From a bacterium (GTDB lineage Bacteria; UBA8248): 64,000 bases of DNA. How positions within the stretch are numbered: position 1 is the stretch's first letter; each line of letters opens with the position of its first letter. Position numbers and translations under genes: made by a program. The notes under the pieces were generated by a model. That model was not told the origin of the DNA, ran no database searches, and worked only from the letters and a program-made list of their open reading frames with translations. This document shows positions 60,531 through 64,000 of the stretch, one piece after another. The stretch lies in the NCBI GenBank assembly GCA_965204535.1, contig CBDBEV010000001.1, positions 1,824,001 to 1,888,000 of the forward strand. The letters are read 5' to 3'.

Positions 60531-61700
60531 ATGAGCGTGGCGATCAAAAACGGATGGCGCATCAGGTGGATGGCGACGCTGGCAGCCTTTTTTTGCGTCT
60601 GCGGGTGGGCCGGGGATGCGGCCCCGGCCGACAGGATCGTCGTCGGCCTCGCGCTCGATCTCTCGGGCCCGGGTGCTTCCGGGGGGCGCGAGGCCCGAAA
60701 CGCGCTTTTGCTTGAGATGGCGCGAATCAACCGCCGGGGCGTCGCCGGCGGACGCATTTTTCTCCTCACTCTCGACACCAGGGGAAGCCCCGAGGGGGCG
60801 GCCGCCGCAGTTCGCGAACTTGCCCGAAAGCATGAAGCCGTCGCCGTGATCGGGCCCGTCGAGCATTACGCCGCCATCGCCGCCGCCGAAGCGGCGCAAG
60901 AAGAACGGGTGCCGCTTTTCACGTTGTCCGCGCCCGAGGAGATTCTCGTCCCGGTCCGTCAGTGGGTTTTCTCCACCGCAAGGCCCGCGTCGCTGCCCGT
61001 TCGCTTGATACTGGGACACTTGAAAAGCAGAGGAATCAAGCGCGCGGCGATGCTGGGTTCCTCCGTGGGATACGGCACGGAGGGACGGGAGCAGATCACC
61101 GCGCTCGCGCCCGATTTCGGCGTATCCATCCTCCTGAACGAATCCTTCAAGCCGGGCGAGCATAATTTTCTGCCCTTCTTGAAGCGCGCCTCCCTGCGCG
61201 GCGTCGGGGCCTTCGTGCACTGGGCCAGGGGAAGATATCGTGTGGACCTGGTGCGCGCCCGCATGGCGCTCGATCTCGATATGCCGCTCTATCTCTCTCA
61301 GGCGTCGCCCGGAATGTTCGGCCCCAAAGGCGGGGGACGGGCCGCCGAGGGCGTAGTGTTCCCGGCCTCGTGGATCACGGCGGCCCATCTTCTGGAGGAA
61401 TCCCATCCCGCCAAGAAAGACCTCGCCGCGTTTCGCGATGAGTTCCTGAAGGCCTACAGGAGCGCGCCGGGAGAGACGGCGGCCGCCGCCGTCGATGCGC
61501 TGCGCATTCTGGCGTGGTCCGCCCGGGGCGTGGGCGCCAACCGGGCGAGAATCCCCGCAGGCGTCGAAGGGGCGCGCTATTTTATGGGGCTGAACGGAAC
61601 TTACGGCTTTTCCAAAAACGACCACAACGGCCAGGATACCGACTCCCTCGCCTTGGTGCGCATCGTGAAAGGCAAGTGGGAATTGGTGAAGGGGAGGTAG
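60531..61700 (+). CDS. Branched-chain-amino-acid-type ABC substrate-binding protein (orphan)
   Basis: Signal peptide, DLSGPGA, INRRGVAG, VIGP, GLNGTYGFSKNDHNG. Confidence 0.8.
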   Translation: MSVAIKNGWRIRWMATLAAFFCVCGWAGDAAPADRIVVGLALDLSGPGASGGREARNALLLEMARINRRGVAGGRIFLLTLDTRGSPEGAAAAVRELARKHEAVAVIGPVEHYAAIAAAEAAQEERVPLFTLSAPEEILVPVRQWVFSTARPASLPVRLILGHLKSRGIKRAAMLGSSVGYGTEGREQITALAPDFGVSILLNESFKPGEHNFLPFLKRASLRGVGAFVHWARGRYRVDLVRARMALDLDMPLYLSQASPGMFGPKGGGRAAEGVVFPASWITAAHLLEESHPAKKDLAAFRDEFLKAYRSAPGETAAAAVDALRILAWSARGVGANRARIPAGVEGARYFMGLNGTYGFSKNDHNGQDTDSLALVRIVKGKWELVKGR

Positions 61701-61783
61701 GGAGCGGCGCCTTTGGCGGGAAAGCACATAGCTGACGACGATTGCCCATCCCCTCTTAATCGTTGATTTCACGTTCGAAACCC

Positions 61784-61846
61784 TTGACAGAAACCCGTTT
61801 GGGGCGTATATATGCGACTGGATGGGTCGGCGACCATTTGGGTCGC
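61784..61846 (+). promoter_or_regulatory. Sigma70 promoter of the isc operon with tandem IscR type-1-like operators
   Basis: TTGACA (61784)-17 bp-TATATA (61807), followed by two CGAC-N7-GTCG palindromes (61815-61829, 61831-61845). Confidence 0.7.
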
Positions 61847-61927
61847 ATTTAGTGGGGAAAGACGCCGTCAGCTTCCAAATGGTCGGATTTGACCGATAAT
61901 CCTGTATAATTCAAGGCGGTATGCGGA

Positions 61928-62353
61928 ATGTTCACGATTGCGAAGCGCACGGATTACGGCTTGATGGCTCTTTGCTACCTCGCGGAGTGCGAGGAGGAAG
62001 GATCCATCACCTCGCGCGCCATCGCGGAGCGGTTCCGCATTCCCGCCGAGTTGCTCGCGAAGACGATGCAGCTTCTGGCCAAAAACGACCTCGTGGAGTC
62101 GAGAAACGGCCCCAAGGGCGGCTACGTTCTCTCGCGCAGGCCCGAGACCATCTCGGTGGCCGAGGTCATCCGGGCGATTGAGGGGCCCATTGCGATGGCG
62201 ACGTGTCAGATCGGCGACGCCACAGGCTGTGAACAATACGAGAAATGCACCATTTTTTATCCCATGGAAAGGATCCAGAAAAAGGTGACCGACGTGCTTG
62301 AAGGAATGACCCTTCAGGACATGGTGGGTACGCCGGCAGGAGAGATCAGATGA
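61928..62353 (+). CDS. iscR: Rrf2-family Fe-S regulator, IscR-like
   Basis: [16 protein letters not shown], three C-terminal Cys; first gene of the iscS-iscU operon. Confidence 0.8.
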   Translation: MFTIAKRTDYGLMALCYLAECEEEGSITSRAIAERFRIPAELLAKTMQLLAKNDLVESRNGPKGGYVLSRRPETISVAEVIRAIEGPIAMATCQIGDATGCEQYEKCTIFYPMERIQKKVTDVLEGMTLQDMVGTPAGEIR

Positions 62354-63570
62354 GCTTGAAGTTCCCCATCTATATGGACTACCAGGCGACGACGCCCATG
62401 GACCCGCGCGTCCTCGAGGAGATGAATCCCTACTTCGACGACAAGTTCGGAAACGCCGCGAGCCGCAACCACAGCTTCGGCTGGGAGGCGGAGAAGGCCG
62501 TGGACGACGCCCGGGAGAAGCTCGCCGCCGTCATCGGCGCGGACCCGCGCGAGATCATCTTCACGAGCGGGGCCACGGAATCGGACAACATGGCGCTCAA
62601 GGGCGTCGCCGAGATGTACAAGAAAAAAGGCAACCACATCGTCACCTCGGCGATCGAGCACAAGGCCATCATCGACTCCGCCAAGCGCCTGGAGACGTGG
62701 GGTTTCGACGTCACCTACATCGAGCCTCCCGAGGACGGCATCACGACGGCGGAGATGGTCGAGAACGCCCTGCGCGACGACACCATACTCGTCTCCATCA
62801 TGGCGGCGAACAACGAGGTCGGCGTGCTGAACCCCATCGCCGAGATCGGCGCGCTGTGCCGGGGCCGCGGCATCCTCTTCCACACCGACGCCACGCAGGG
62901 CTACGGCAAGATTCCCATCGACGTGGACGAGATGAACATCGACCTCCTCTCGGCCACCGCCCACAAGGTATACGGGCCCAAGGGCGTGGGGTTGATTTAC
63001 GTGCGCAGGCGCAGGCCGCGCGTGAGGCTATCGGCCATCATCGACGGCGGCGGCCATGAGCGTGGAATGCGCTCGGGCACGCTGAACGTCTCGGGCATCG
63101 TCGGCTTCGGCAAGGCGGCCGAGTTGTGCATGGAGGAGATGGAAGAAGAGAACATCCGCCTGACGAACCTGCGCGACAAGTTCAAGGCCACCATGTTCGA
63201 GAGCCTGGAAGAAGTGTACGTGAACGGCCATGAGACCGAGCGCCTCTCGGGCAACCTGAACCTGAGCTTCCCCTACGTGGAGGGTGAATCGCTCATCATG
63301 GGACTGAGCGACGTGGCCGTATCCTCGGGTTCGGCCTGCACCTCGGCGAGCCTGGAACCGAGCTATGTGCTCAAGTCCATGGGCCGGGGCGACGAGTTGG
63401 CGCATTCGTCGATTCGCTACGGCTTCGGCCGCTTCACCACCGAGGAGGAGATAGACTACGTGGCCGAGAAGACGACGGACATCGTGAACCGGCTTCGCGA
63501 GATGAGCCCGCTTTATGAGATGGTGAAAGAGGGCGTGGACCTCTCCAAGGTGGAATGGCAGTCGCATTAA
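62350..63570 (+). CDS. iscS: Cysteine desulfurase IscS
   Basis: [29 protein letters not shown]-terminal VEWQSH. Confidence 0.96.
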   Translation: MSLKFPIYMDYQATTPMDPRVLEEMNPYFDDKFGNAASRNHSFGWEAEKAVDDAREKLAAVIGADPREIIFTSGATESDNMALKGVAEMYKKKGNHIVTSAIEHKAIIDSAKRLETWGFDVTYIEPPEDGITTAEMVENALRDDTILVSIMAANNEVGVLNPIAEIGALCRGRGILFHTDATQGYGKIPIDVDEMNIDLLSATAHKVYGPKGVGLIYVRRRRPRVRLSAIIDGGGHERGMRSGTLNVSGIVGFGKAAELCMEEMEEENIRLTNLRDKFKATMFESLEEVYVNGHETERLSGNLNLSFPYVEGESLIMGLSDVAVSSGSACTSASLEPSYVLKSMGRGDELAHSSIRYGFGRFTTEEEIDYVAEKTTDIVNRLREMSPLYEMVKEGVDLSKVEWQSH

Positions 63571-63654
63571 AGGAGCGTTGAGCTTATTTTGATATAGAGC
63601 CTGCGGCTCACAGAAATCCGGAATCGCAGCAACTGGAAAGAGGAGAACGGGAAA

Positions 63655-64000
63655 ATGGCTTACAGCGACAAGGTTGTCGATCACTACAACAACCCGCGCA
63701 ACGTCGGCTCGCTCGACAAGAGCGACCAGACGGTGGGCACGGGCATCGTCGGCGCGCCCGAATGCGGCGACGTGATGAAGCTGCAGATCAAGGTGGACGA
63801 TGGCGGCCTCATCGAGGATGCGAAGTTCAAGACCTTCGGCTGCGGAAGCGCCATCGCATCGAGCTCCCTGGCCACGGAGTGGCTCAAGGGCAAGACGGTG
63901 GACGAGGCCGAGGAGATCAAGAACACGCAGATCGTCGAGGAGTTGAACCTCCCGCCGGTGAAGATCCACTGTTCCGTGCTGGCCGAAGACGCCATCAAGA
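63655..64000 (+). CDS. iscU: Fe-S scaffold IscU (runs off the window end)
   Basis: Manual translation: MAYSDKVVDHYNNPRNVG...GAPECGDVMKLQI...FGCGSAIASSS...LPPVKIHCSVLAEDAIK. Confidence 0.96.
   Translation, partial: MAYSDKVVDHYNNPRNVGSLDKSDQTVGTGIVGAPECGDVMKLQIKVDDGGLIEDAKFKTFGCGSAIASSSLATEWLKGKTVDEAEEIKNTQIVEELNLPPVKIHCSVLAEDAIK

Overview
A GC-rich bacterial chromosome segment spanning the replication origin. The right half is the core oriC neighbourhood: parAB with three parS sites, mnmG, mnmE, yidC-yidD-rnpA-rpmH, dnaA, oriC (DnaA boxes, DnaA-trios, AT-rich unwinding element), recF, gyrB, gyrA, truD, mutY and iscR-iscS-iscU. dnaN, rsmG and jag are not at their usual positions. The left half is accessory: a decayed IS1-like transposase next to a Panacea-type toxin-antitoxin pair, a ~17 kb catabolic cluster, an AT-richer ClpP-fold protease cassette, a split NAD synthetase, and many intergenic GTAG-type REP palindromes and MITE-like elements. 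The strongest novelty candidates are: (1) a soluble fusion of a FliG torque domain with two membrane-less MotA cytoplasmic domains, encoded directly behind yidC with no flagellar genes nearby; (2) an exported UxxC selenocysteine thioredoxin with a SECIS-like hairpin, which the ORF track splits; (3) a MITE shell family with a shared 15-bp terminal inverted repeat (TIR) and different palindromic cargo; (4) a riboswitch-like leader upstream of a betaine-type ABC transporter; (5) the protease plus micro-protein cassette. All protein assignments come from motif recognition by eye; no searches were run.
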